A stretch of DNA of 64,000 bases from a virus. Made by a program: the position numbers and the translations under genes. The notes under the pieces are model-generated. The model was given only the letters and a program-made list of their open reading frames with translations. It was not told the DNA's origin and ran no database searches. Of this stretch, positions 41,972-50,698 are shown in pieces. Location of the stretch: the IMG/VR virus record IMGVR_UViG_3300044960_000476, positions 5,725 to 69,724 of that record. One strand, given 5' to 3'. The first letter of the stretch is position 1, and each line of letters starts with the position of its first letter.

Positions 41972-42266
41972 TGTTAGTAACCTGCAAGTAACTTATAAGT
42001 TCAGGGTTGTCAGCAATGACAGCATACAAAGCCGCAGCAAGGACGTGAATTTGATGCTCGGTCAAGTCCATGTTAAGCGTATAGTCAATAGCGTGTAACA
42101 CCTCGTGAAGTAAAGTATCGGCAAGCTGTTCCGGGTCTTGCGTTTTAACTAAATGAATTTCACAGCGGTCGGCCATGTACATGCCGAATATGTTATGGCC
42201 GGGAATTGGGTCAACAAACCTACAATTCCATGTTTTGCCTAGGATGCGCAGCTGAAAGTCATTCAC
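41949..42266 (-). CDS. Zincin-like metallopeptidase
   Basis: DTLLHEVLHAI; AGGAGA RBS. Confidence 0.75.
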   Translation of the reverse strand: MNDFQLRILGKTWNCRFVDPIPGHNIFGMYMADRCEIHLVKTQDPEQLADTLLHEVLHAIDYTLNMDLTEHQIHVLAAALYAVIADNPELISYLQVTNNEEATES

Positions 42267-42808
42267 GCTTTATTCTCCTTAGCCCACAGGTCCGCCCACA
42301 CTTTATACCAACGACTTGGTACAAGCTTTGGGTCTAAAGCCCATTCAGAAGAACGCAAGTCAAAAGCATGCAATTTGTAAGTAGTTACCAAGTTCCATAC
42401 TTTTTCGGCATACCTTGGGTCTGTGGCGTATACTGGAGCAATGCGCTGCAAAAACTCCTTCGTTTGGCTGCGGTGAGGCAAGGCAGCGTCATACAAGCCG
42501 TTGTAAAACAGCCTACCGTGGTCAATAAAAGCTTCAGTATAACTTTCATATACTCGCCATCTAGCTACTTCAGTAACCCATTGCCCGTTTCGAAACTCTT
42601 TGGTTGGTAGCTCAATGACCGGTCCGGTCCAACCGCGTCCTGCTTTAATGCCAAACAGGTTTTTTGCTTTCTGTGCTAGCTGCGACCGCCCCCAACCAGA
42701 CTCTAAAATGGCTTGGGCTAGGCTAATGCTTGCTGGAATGCCTAGCCTTCTGTTGCTTTGTCTTGCGTGTGGTGCTAGCGTGCTTATAAACTCTTGTGGC
42801 TTAGTCAC
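42263..42808 (-). CDS. Endolysin, GH73 glucosaminidase (FlgJ-like)
   Basis: AQAILESGWG, NLFGIKA, YATDPRY. Confidence 0.93.
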   Translation of the reverse strand: MTKPQEFISTLAPHARQSNRRLGIPASISLAQAILESGWGRSQLAQKAKNLFGIKAGRGWTGPVIELPTKEFRNGQWVTEVARWRVYESYTEAFIDHGRLFYNGLYDAALPHRSQTKEFLQRIAPVYATDPRYAEKVWNLVTTYKLHAFDLRSSEWALDPKLVPSRWYKVWADLWAKENKA

Positions 42809-42810
42809 AA

Positions 42811-43167
42811 TTAAACCCCCTCATGAAATGTTCTAGGATGAACTGCCGTACCCGGCTTTGCTTGTGTGTATAAAGGATGGTGTGGTTTAATGCCAATACA
42901 ATACAGTGTGGAAGCACCAGCAAGCCCTAAAAACTCACCGGGTTTTGCTTTGTAACCTCTGTTAACGCTGTCTATTAAACCATACAGCAAAATGTAGTAC
43001 CGGTTGTGGGCGTCCAAGACTATGTAGTTGTTACCCCTTTTGTTGCCAACTTCAATAACTTCGCCAAACGTTGGTGCAACAACTAACTCTTCAATAGCTG
43101 AAAATATTATTCCAGCATGACTTGCTGGCTCGACAATGCAGTCTTTGGGTAAAGGTAGTGTCCACAT
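42811..43167 (-). CDS. Degenerate M23 peptidase-fold protein
   Basis: HAGI...VVAPTFGEV...GNNYIVL...PGEFLGLAGAS...VHP; HxH Zn motif absent. Confidence 0.5.
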   Translation of the reverse strand: MWTLPLPKDCIVEPASHAGIIFSAIEELVVAPTFGEVIEVGNKRGNNYIVLDAHNRYYILLYGLIDSVNRGYKAKPGEFLGLAGASTLYCIGIKPHHPLYTQAKPGTAVHPRTFHEGV

Positions 43168-43186
43168 ATTATGTTTTTATTATACA

Positions 43187-43411
43187 TCATTCGGGTACGG
43201 TAAAATACCAAAGCCCGCCTTGTTTATATATCAAGCCCCTTTTTCCTACTTGCACTCCAGGTTGGGTTTTAACATAAGGCAAAATTGTGCCCCACGAAAA
43301 AACAAAAACTTCAACGTAAGTACTGCTTCCTTCAGTAAATACTTTTTGTACTATAGCGTCAATAGTACGCTCATTATGACGAATGCGCCGGTCTACAAAA
43401 GGTTTTATCAC
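43187..43411 (-). CDS. Small tail-tip-associated protein
   Basis: 74 aa directly after the tail tip gene. Confidence 0.55.
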   Translation of the reverse strand: MIKPFVDRRIRHNERTIDAIVQKVFTEGSSTYVEVFVFSWGTILPYVKTQPGVQVGKRGLIYKQGGLWYFTVPE

Positions 43412-43412
43412 T

Positions 43413-45911
43413 TCAGCCCCCTAATAGCCAATCTTCGCTGTCGTCGCGCACACTCCAGGTACGTCCAAATGGGTCATACATACCATCAGCGCTAACCCAA
43501 TAAATTATGTCTTCGTACGGCTGCCCGTAAGGGTCAACATTGTAAATAATGGTTGTATGGAGGGTTTCGGTTAGTGTACCCATGTACCCAAGCTGCACAG
43601 TAGAACGAACTTGCCCGCCCGCTTGAAAGCTTAAACTCGGCTCCTCTAACACCAAATAATAATCCCAAACTTCAATTCTTGCTCCAACTCCCCCCTCTGG
43701 TAAGCGAGGAATAGCTACTACTTGATTAGCTAAAAGCCCGCTATAGCCTACAACCTCCATTTGTGCGGTTATCCACTCTAAAGCTTTACGCAATGCTATA
43801 GCGTCAATAATGCGTTCAGCATAATTGGAATATACGGTATAGCCTTCGATAGTAAAACTATCAGCATTACCCGGAATGGAGTACTGTGGTACAAATTCGT
43901 TTTTAATATTTTCCTTATTTCCAAAAAGACGTTTACCGTATGCTAACAGCTCTCCGACAATATTTTTATCTTGCATGCGCGCCCAAAGCGGAACGTGTGC
44001 GCCAGTAGCCAACCATTGCGGAGCATCCGCCCGCCCACCAGATGCTGAATAAACTAATTCGCCTTTAGCTTTTGCTACCACTTCATAATAAGCAAAAGGC
44101 GGTGTGTAAACTATTAAACGAATTTTTGTCACACCATAATAACCGTTTACTGTTCCATACACTAACTCATATGTAGTATATGGGTTAGCAAACAAGTTTA
44201 AGTCAATATTACGGGCTTCAAAAAGACGGACTTCAAGGTTTTTATAAACTGCTGCATTGCCGCTACTGTCAACAAGGGGTACTTCTACTACAGGAAAATT
44301 ACTTCCAGCCCTTGCTTCCGTTGTGGGATTGCCGTTACTGTCCAAAAACCAAACATTTACCTGTGTTGAGCCTGTTGGTGAGGCAGTAATAGATGAGGAT
44401 AAGCCCTCAAGCCTTAGTTCACGCGGCGGAACCTCACCTGTATTAAAGACAGGTACACCAAAACGCAAGTCTGGTAAAAAGTTTCCTTCAGCGTCGCTAT
44501 GTAAACGAATAGCTGGCAAATTTTCTAAACTGCCAACATTTGGATATGGAGCTAAATGCACTAAATAAGGCATTCCACCATAGCTTTTCAAAGTAAACCC
44601 ATTTGCCTGAGCAACTGCATCTATCTTGCTTCGTACAGATTGGTTGCGTATGGCATACAGTTGCAACCAGTCATAATCCGTATCTAAGTTAACTAGTTTG
44701 GCTTCTCCAGCGTTAGTGTCGGGGTTTTGTTTCCATACAGTCATTGGTCGCCAAATAACGTTTTTGTCTTCAATAAACGGGCGAACTCCCGGAGTCAATG
44801 TGCCAATAACGTGTGTAATGTAACCTAAGTCGTCAGCAAACGGTAATTGTTTAGCTTGTCCGTCTGGAGTAACAACTACTTCAATATCTTCGTTTCGGTT
44901 GAGAATATCAACAGCACTTTCCAAGTCTAATGTTATTAAGTTTCCGTTTGCGTAAGGCTCAATAGAAAGCCTACTTAAGGTTCCAACCATTACTACCGCA
45001 CCATCTAATTCAATGCGAACTTGTGAACCTAGCGATAATACAGAACTATAGCGCCCACTTGGTACAACCAAAGTTAAGCTTTTTCCGCTAAATGAGCTTG
45101 TATACTCAGAAAAGTCTATGTTGTTAATTACAACGCGTAGTTTAGGGACATATAAGTTTGCTTTACCCAACCTTGTTTGTTCCGTCGGACTGGCTGTTGC
45201 GTATTCTTCTTCCAGTAGTATAAAAACAGTATCTACGTCATATAGCGTATTACTAAAAGTAATTTTCAAGCAACCATGAGTGTAGTTATTAACGGCAATA
45301 TCATTACTAGTCGGTATTGAAGTGTACCAAGTAATATCTCCTACTTCACTTTTGGCTAAACCTAACTCACACGTCCAGCCAAAACCAAATCCGGTGGACC
45401 ACTTAATAACTTCAGTAAAAATTCCCGCCCAAATTAATTTAATTTCAATGTCCTCAATGCGTATCAAAAAGTCCGATAATTTAAATAGTTTAGACTGCCA
45501 GTACCCATAGCTTGCTCTTGGCGGTGCGGGCCAGTAAGTGTAATTACCTTGTAGTTGGTTACCGTCTGGTCCAACTAAATAAAAACCAATGTATTGAGCG
45601 TTAAAAAGTGGGCGCACATTTTCTTTATTTATTTCCATATATGTTGCTGTAATGTCAACCATTACAGGCGGTAATTCGTGCTCTTCTTGCTCGCCAGGCG
45701 GACCAACTAGACTGGTAAACCGCATGGCTACTCGGTAGCCCGCGCCAACTGGTAAGTTTGTATAAAACCGTAAATGTGTCGGTGTATCTTCTACGCCCGG
45801 AGTTGCCGATTCCCAAATGTATGCGCGTCTTAAGCGTTTACCAATAACAATATTTTGGCTTCCTGCCGTTAAGTCGCTAAAAGTGTCCAATACTAAGCTA
45901 CGTTTTGCCAT
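43413..45911 (-). CDS. Tail tip/hub protein (putative)
   Basis: Large beta-rich ORF downstream of TMP; start ATG 45911 (TAATG coupling, GGGGG RBS). Confidence 0.6.
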   Translation of the reverse strand: MAKRSLVLDTFSDLTAGSQNIVIGKRLRRAYIWESATPGVEDTPTHLRFYTNLPVGAGYRVAMRFTSLVGPPGEQEEHELPPVMVDITATYMEINKENVRPLFNAQYIGFYLVGPDGNQLQGNYTYWPAPPRASYGYWQSKLFKLSDFLIRIEDIEIKLIWAGIFTEVIKWSTGFGFGWTCELGLAKSEVGDITWYTSIPTSNDIAVNNYTHGCLKITFSNTLYDVDTVFILLEEEYATASPTEQTRLGKANLYVPKLRVVINNIDFSEYTSSFSGKSLTLVVPSGRYSSVLSLGSQVRIELDGAVVMVGTLSRLSIEPYANGNLITLDLESAVDILNRNEDIEVVVTPDGQAKQLPFADDLGYITHVIGTLTPGVRPFIEDKNVIWRPMTVWKQNPDTNAGEAKLVNLDTDYDWLQLYAIRNQSVRSKIDAVAQANGFTLKSYGGMPYLVHLAPYPNVGSLENLPAIRLHSDAEGNFLPDLRFGVPVFNTGEVPPRELRLEGLSSSITASPTGSTQVNVWFLDSNGNPTTEARAGSNFPVVEVPLVDSSGNAAVYKNLEVRLFEARNIDLNLFANPYTTYELVYGTVNGYYGVTKIRLIVYTPPFAYYEVVAKAKGELVYSASGGRADAPQWLATGAHVPLWARMQDKNIVGELLAYGKRLFGNKENIKNEFVPQYSIPGNADSFTIEGYTVYSNYAERIIDAIALRKALEWITAQMEVVGYSGLLANQVVAIPRLPEGGVGARIEVWDYYLVLEEPSLSFQAGGQVRSTVQLGYMGTLTETLHTTIIYNVDPYGQPYEDIIYWVSADGMYDPFGRTWSVRDDSEDWLLGG

Positions 45912-47026
45912 TAAACACCCCCCAATAGCCAAGTACGGACAGCAGACATATTTATCCAGCCATTATTTACCAGTATTAAATCATCAATAAAAACGCCGCC
46001 TCCACCTATCCACGTACCATTGTTTAACAAACTAGGAGAAGTAGTAGAAGGCGTCAAAACCTCTTCAATAGTATTAAACCCTACCGTCAAAGTTCCAAAA
46101 TTCATTTGGGCGTACAGATAATGATAACCACTAGGTAACGTCCGTGACCAGGAATAAATTAACCCATTCGCAGTTTGATATGTTAAGTAAATTACGTCGC
46201 CAATATGGTAAACAAATAAACCGTTGTTGTCAGAAACTGAGCGTAAAATAGTTCCGTCTGCTAAACTGATGTCGCGGCATAGCAAAGCACCAAAACTCCA
46301 GCCATAATTATCTAAAACGAAAAAGTTACGTTGAAGCTCTCCAACCGCTATTCTGTTATTTTGGACAGGGCTGTACCAGTCTTTATATAGTGGCGTTACG
46401 CCGGGTGCATTAAACCACTGACTTCCATCGACAGAATAATAACGCAAGATATTAGATAAAGCGTAAACTTTGAAAGTAAAACGGTTTCCGCTGTTAAAAG
46501 TTATACCCGGTGGAAGCCCGTTTGATGTCGACGGGTGAATAGGCGTATAAGCTGGCGTTGCTTGTTGAGGCGGCCAATTATGCGATGCGGTATTAAGGTC
46601 TGTTGGAATGGCCAATAAGCGTTCGGATGGCGGCGATACAGAAGTTACCTCTGAAACAGTAAACATGTTAACTTGAAAAACAGGTAATTCTACTGCGTAA
46701 GTTACTTGCCCATCCCAAGTTAAATATCTGGTAATGTTGCGCGTTGGTTCGCCAAAAACTACCTCTAAAGCACGCCCGCTATCTGTGTAAAGAATATGAA
46801 CCTCGTCTGAAGCCAAAAATGCCAATAAAGCTAATTCGTTCTCAGGTAAAGAGTCCCAAGACAGCATTAAAGTTTTTCCATTACTGTCTGCAATTCGTCT
46901 TAGTCTAATTGCTCGACTTGCCGTAACTACCTGTCGTGTTGATGTAGACAGGTTGTAAGTAACTCTGCTAGGCGGAGTAATAATTATATCGGCATCGTTA
47001 ACAAAGCCCCTAAAACCAATTCTCAT
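45911..47026 (-). CDS. Tail protein (putative)
   Basis: Position in tail module; beta-rich. Confidence 0.55.
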   Translation of the reverse strand: MRIGFRGFVNDADIIITPPSRVTYNLSTSTRQVVTASRAIRLRRIADSNGKTLMLSWDSLPENELALLAFLASDEVHILYTDSGRALEVVFGEPTRNITRYLTWDGQVTYAVELPVFQVNMFTVSEVTSVSPPSERLLAIPTDLNTASHNWPPQQATPAYTPIHPSTSNGLPPGITFNSGNRFTFKVYALSNILRYYSVDGSQWFNAPGVTPLYKDWYSPVQNNRIAVGELQRNFFVLDNYGWSFGALLCRDISLADGTILRSVSDNNGLFVYHIGDVIYLTYQTANGLIYSWSRTLPSGYHYLYAQMNFGTLTVGFNTIEEVLTPSTTSPSLLNNGTWIGGGGVFIDDLILVNNGWINMSAVRTWLLGGV

Positions 47027-48366
47027 AGCAGCGGCTCCACGCGAAATACCATTTTATCGGTGTAAGGAAAGTAGGCATAACCGTCAAAAGCAATGCCAAT
47101 TAAAATATTCCAGCTTACAGGGCGGTTGGAAAAACTCGACACAATTTTTGCATTGCGGTTTTTAATTTGATAAGTTTCCGTACCAATGGTAACAGTTTGA
47201 ATAACCGGCGGCTTAGAATACCAATACCCCGTCGGAAAACCAATTGAACCAAAAAAACCGTAATTTGCAATAGTAATATCGTTTTCCAAAACTTTTAGTT
47301 GAGTATCAATTTCAATACTATTATCTTCGTTGTAAGTAGCTTTATACAAATAAAAGCCATCATTTTTTACACAAATAATTTTGTCATCATAAACCGGCCA
47401 AGCCATTAGTACGTCGCTTGCGTCGTAAACTGCATTTGGTTTGCTTGTAGAGCTTAAAAACAAAGGAGAATATGCTGGATTGAGCCGAAGGCTAGTATTA
47501 AAACTGCTAAGTACTTGAAGTATAGGGTTAAATGCCCACACCCCACTTGGTGTATCAATTAAAAGTTGTTGACCATCATAGTAAGCAGTTCTACCAACAG
47601 TTAAATTTGTTACAGTTGGGCTGCGAAAAAATTGGTCGCCATCAAACCACAACACAACTAATTTACCGCTCAAGTCTGCAAATGCAATTAAATATTCGGG
47701 TTTGTTTTGTCCTATTGCAGGTTGTGACTGCCAAATGCCTAATCCGTATTGTACAGGGCTATTGTGAACAACTTTGACTCCATTTTTCATGTGCCATATT
47801 GCAACGCCAGACGTATAAAAAATAACCATATACGGCCAAGTCACAAAAACATTTAATATCTCATCGTTTACGCCAGCACCAATGTTTTTTAGTTGAAAAA
47901 TAGGCCAAATAGATGTTCCGGGCACAGGTGGCAGCGCCCGATATGGGCGCTGCACAGTACACTCAACTGTAAAGTTGTACAAACCAATTACGTCTTTGTC
48001 TGGCTCATAGCTAAACTCAAAGCCGTCCGCCCTATAACGTCTTCCACGCCACGACAGCCAACGCTTTGACTTGGGTTTATTAAATAGCGCCTCAAGGTCG
48101 CTTAGCGCATCGGCGGGTACATCTTCAAGCCGAAAACTTATTTGGCCCGAACCCTGAAGTTCGGGCCAAGCCACACGAATTGCACCAAAACCCACGTCGT
48201 CTTCAGTAATGTCATTAATAGGCCGATAGTCAAATTTAGTTACTGGGTACGGAATATAAATATTGTCAATAAATAGTTCGTCGCCTACTTCTAAATTAGG
48301 CTCAGTTGGTGCCAGAGTTATGTTTGTTCCCGTCAAGTTCCCGTTCTGCATTATCTGGTGAAACAT
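47023..48366 (-). CDS. Tail protein (putative; possible beta-propeller C-terminus)
   Basis: GGAGG RBS; position in tail module. Confidence 0.55.
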   Translation of the reverse strand: MFHQIMQNGNLTGTNITLAPTEPNLEVGDELFIDNIYIPYPVTKFDYRPINDITEDDVGFGAIRVAWPELQGSGQISFRLEDVPADALSDLEALFNKPKSKRWLSWRGRRYRADGFEFSYEPDKDVIGLYNFTVECTVQRPYRALPPVPGTSIWPIFQLKNIGAGVNDEILNVFVTWPYMVIFYTSGVAIWHMKNGVKVVHNSPVQYGLGIWQSQPAIGQNKPEYLIAFADLSGKLVVLWFDGDQFFRSPTVTNLTVGRTAYYDGQQLLIDTPSGVWAFNPILQVLSSFNTSLRLNPAYSPLFLSSTSKPNAVYDASDVLMAWPVYDDKIICVKNDGFYLYKATYNEDNSIEIDTQLKVLENDITIANYGFFGSIGFPTGYWYSKPPVIQTVTIGTETYQIKNRNAKIVSSFSNRPVSWNILIGIAFDGYAYFPYTDKMVFRVEPLL

Positions 48367-48832
48367 GATTAGCCTCCAAATAATCTTGAATTTCTTGGGC
48401 GTTTTTAAAGAGCGGTATATTTACGTTGCTAATAGCCCTAATGTTTTCAACTATACTGCGCAGCTCTACTGCACCAACACTAGCGATGACTAAAACACCA
48501 AACATTTCTGCTAAACTAGACAAAATATCTACTTGACCAGATACAACAATTCTATAAAACAGCCCGTATGCAGCAAGCAATAATATGTAAGCCATAAGCT
48601 TTGAAAGTAACTTAAATTTAAGAGTTTTTGAGTTAGCTGTCCCTCGTTTTTTGGCCGCTAAATAGCCTGTTACAGTATCTATAGCTATTAAACCGCCTAA
48701 AGCAAGGTAAGCGTCTGGTTTGTGTACAAAAACAAAAGAAACTATAGCCAGAATAAATTTTTCCAACTTTGGTAATGCAATTACCTTAAAATGAGCGACC
48801 ATTTCATTCGCTAACCTCTGAAAGTCGCTCAC
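48302..48832 (-). CDS. Phage holin family 4-like protein
   Basis: IAIDTVTGYLAA...K...E.RSIVENI pattern with TM segments. Confidence 0.75.
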   Translation of the reverse strand: MSDFQRLANEMVAHFKVIALPKLEKFILAIVSFVFVHKPDAYLALGGLIAIDTVTGYLAAKKRGTANSKTLKFKLLSKLMAYILLLAAYGLFYRIVVSGQVDILSSLAEMFGVLVIASVGAVELRSIVENIRAISNVNIPLFKNAQEIQDYLEANHVSPDNAERELDGNKHNSGTN

Positions 48833-48970
48833 TAGCTACCTCCTCTTGTTCCGGTAATATCATATAATACTCAAACAATTCTTCTTTCACTTTGCTTAAC
48901 TCTTCCATCAATTTTTCTAGCTGCTCAAACATTTGTTTAATGTCAACATTCATTAATAACCCCCACATTG

Positions 48971-50656
48971 TTAATACCATCTACCAATTGCCGTAAGTTT
49001 AACAGGCTCGTTGGTAGTACTGACAAATGTCAAGCCGTTCCAATACCATTTTTTTACCGTTACGCTTGTTGACGACGGCGCATCGTCAAAATTTACAACC
49101 ACAGGAGAGTCGCTTGAGTTTTTTTGCACCCCTATTGTTACTACTGGTGCTGCGGTAAATTCAGCTGGATAATTCCAAGTTTCAGTTTGTGCGCTTCCTG
49201 CAGTGCTGCCCCAACAAATTTGCGTTCCATCCGGTAGCCGCACATAACTACCATTAGTGTTAGAGCCATATACCGCCCCATAACGACGCCAAGAACTCCA
49301 AGTACTTTGTAAAGTACGAATATACATAAAAGCGTCGTTAGAGGTTGGCACATACATTTGCACACAAGAAGCACCGGCACCCCTAAATACCATTAAAAAA
49401 CCTGCTTTATTTGCTGTTGGGGGTTGGTTAGAGCCTCCGCTACCGCTGTTGACAGTTTTATAAACACCAGTAGTTGTCAAAGTATTCCAATCTTCGTCGT
49501 CAAAATTGAACGTACCACGGTTTAAATAAGCATCATTAGCAGAGAAAGCACCATTGGCATCTAAGTAAGCAAGCCCGTTAGGTTGACCTAAAATACTAGA
49601 CGAAATTTTAGCCAGAGTAATAGCCCCGTCTGCTATATTTGCCGTGTTGACGGTATTGTTATTTAAACTAGTAGTGATAGTTATGTCAGAACTGCCATTA
49701 AAATTAGCAGTTCCTGATACTGCGCCACTCAAATTAATAGCCCGCGCTGTAGCAAGTTGGCTTGCAGTGTCAGCATTTCCTTGGACTGGACCAATTAATA
49801 CTCCGCCGTTTAGCAATTCAATGTTTCCGAATACGGCCCCGCCCGCTTTAGATAAATAAAAACCTTCAAGCGCGGGCGTGCCCGCATGAATAAGAGCCAA
49901 GCGCGTTAAGCTAAAGTTAGTGCCGACACTATTAGTACCTTCTAAAGTAACCCTAATAGCAAGGGGCGGGTCTGAAAATGTGGCACTATCAAATAGAAAC
50001 GACTGCTGGTTTAAACCGGAAGTGTAATAACCAAGTACAACGTATGTAGTACCATCGTAACTAGCTTCTAATTTGACAGCCGATAGCCCTTGTGGTATTG
50101 CTGAAAATGCTAAAAATAACCTAGCACTATTTACTAAGCTGACGTCAAATAAAAACGTTGAAGTGCTTATCGTATAAACAACTGGATAAACGTTGTTGCC
50201 AATAAAGCTGCGACCGCTGTTGTCTGGTTTAAACGGGTTTAACCTGTTATTGTCCGTTTGAACATTTCCGTTTGTAGACAAAGTAACCGAAATGTCGGGA
50301 TTAATACCGGCGTGAACTAAAGCGTCGGCAAAGTCCAGCAAAACATGAGGACTTGGCCGATGGTCACGTTTGAGAACTAAACCATAAGCAGGATTAAGAA
50401 TTAAGTGTCTTCCTACAATAACGTCGCGTCCAGCTTGAAGGTCTTGATTAACGTGTAAGCTTTCAATATTTATGGTGCCTTCAGTAATACTTCTAATAAT
50501 GTCTTCCATTCTTTTAAAGTTGTAATTTAGCGTGTTGGTTGGGTCCGCTTGAAGAGGGCCGCTAAACGTTTCTCCCGGCCTAATATCTTCGGCGCTTAAA
50601 ACACTCTCATCGTGGTAAAACAAGTTAAAACCGTAAATTGCTGTCTTGCGAGGCAT
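48971..50656 (-). CDS. Tail fibre / receptor-binding protein
   Basis: GNADTASQLATARAINLSG...FNGSSDITI repeat, knob domain (DWNTLTTTGVY...WSSW), gp53-like NGSYVRLPDGTQICWG...AIGRW. Confidence 0.88.
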   Translation of the reverse strand: MPRKTAIYGFNLFYHDESVLSAEDIRPGETFSGPLQADPTNTLNYNFKRMEDIIRSITEGTINIESLHVNQDLQAGRDVIVGRHLILNPAYGLVLKRDHRPSPHVLLDFADALVHAGINPDISVTLSTNGNVQTDNNRLNPFKPDNSGRSFIGNNVYPVVYTISTSTFLFDVSLVNSARLFLAFSAIPQGLSAVKLEASYDGTTYVVLGYYTSGLNQQSFLFDSATFSDPPLAIRVTLEGTNSVGTNFSLTRLALIHAGTPALEGFYLSKAGGAVFGNIELLNGGVLIGPVQGNADTASQLATARAINLSGAVSGTANFNGSSDITITTSLNNNTVNTANIADGAITLAKISSSILGQPNGLAYLDANGAFSANDAYLNRGTFNFDDEDWNTLTTTGVYKTVNSGSGGSNQPPTANKAGFLMVFRGAGASCVQMYVPTSNDAFMYIRTLQSTWSSWRRYGAVYGSNTNGSYVRLPDGTQICWGSTAGSAQTETWNYPAEFTAAPVVTIGVQKNSSDSPVVVNFDDAPSSTSVTVKKWYWNGLTFVSTTNEPVKLTAIGRWY

Positions 50657-50698
50657 AGTACTCCTTAGTATGTGGGCGGGCTAATGCCCGCCCACTAT

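Noticed and set aside
48971-50656. Tail fibre as a diversity-generating retroelement target
   Set aside because: No reverse transcriptase or template repeat in the window.
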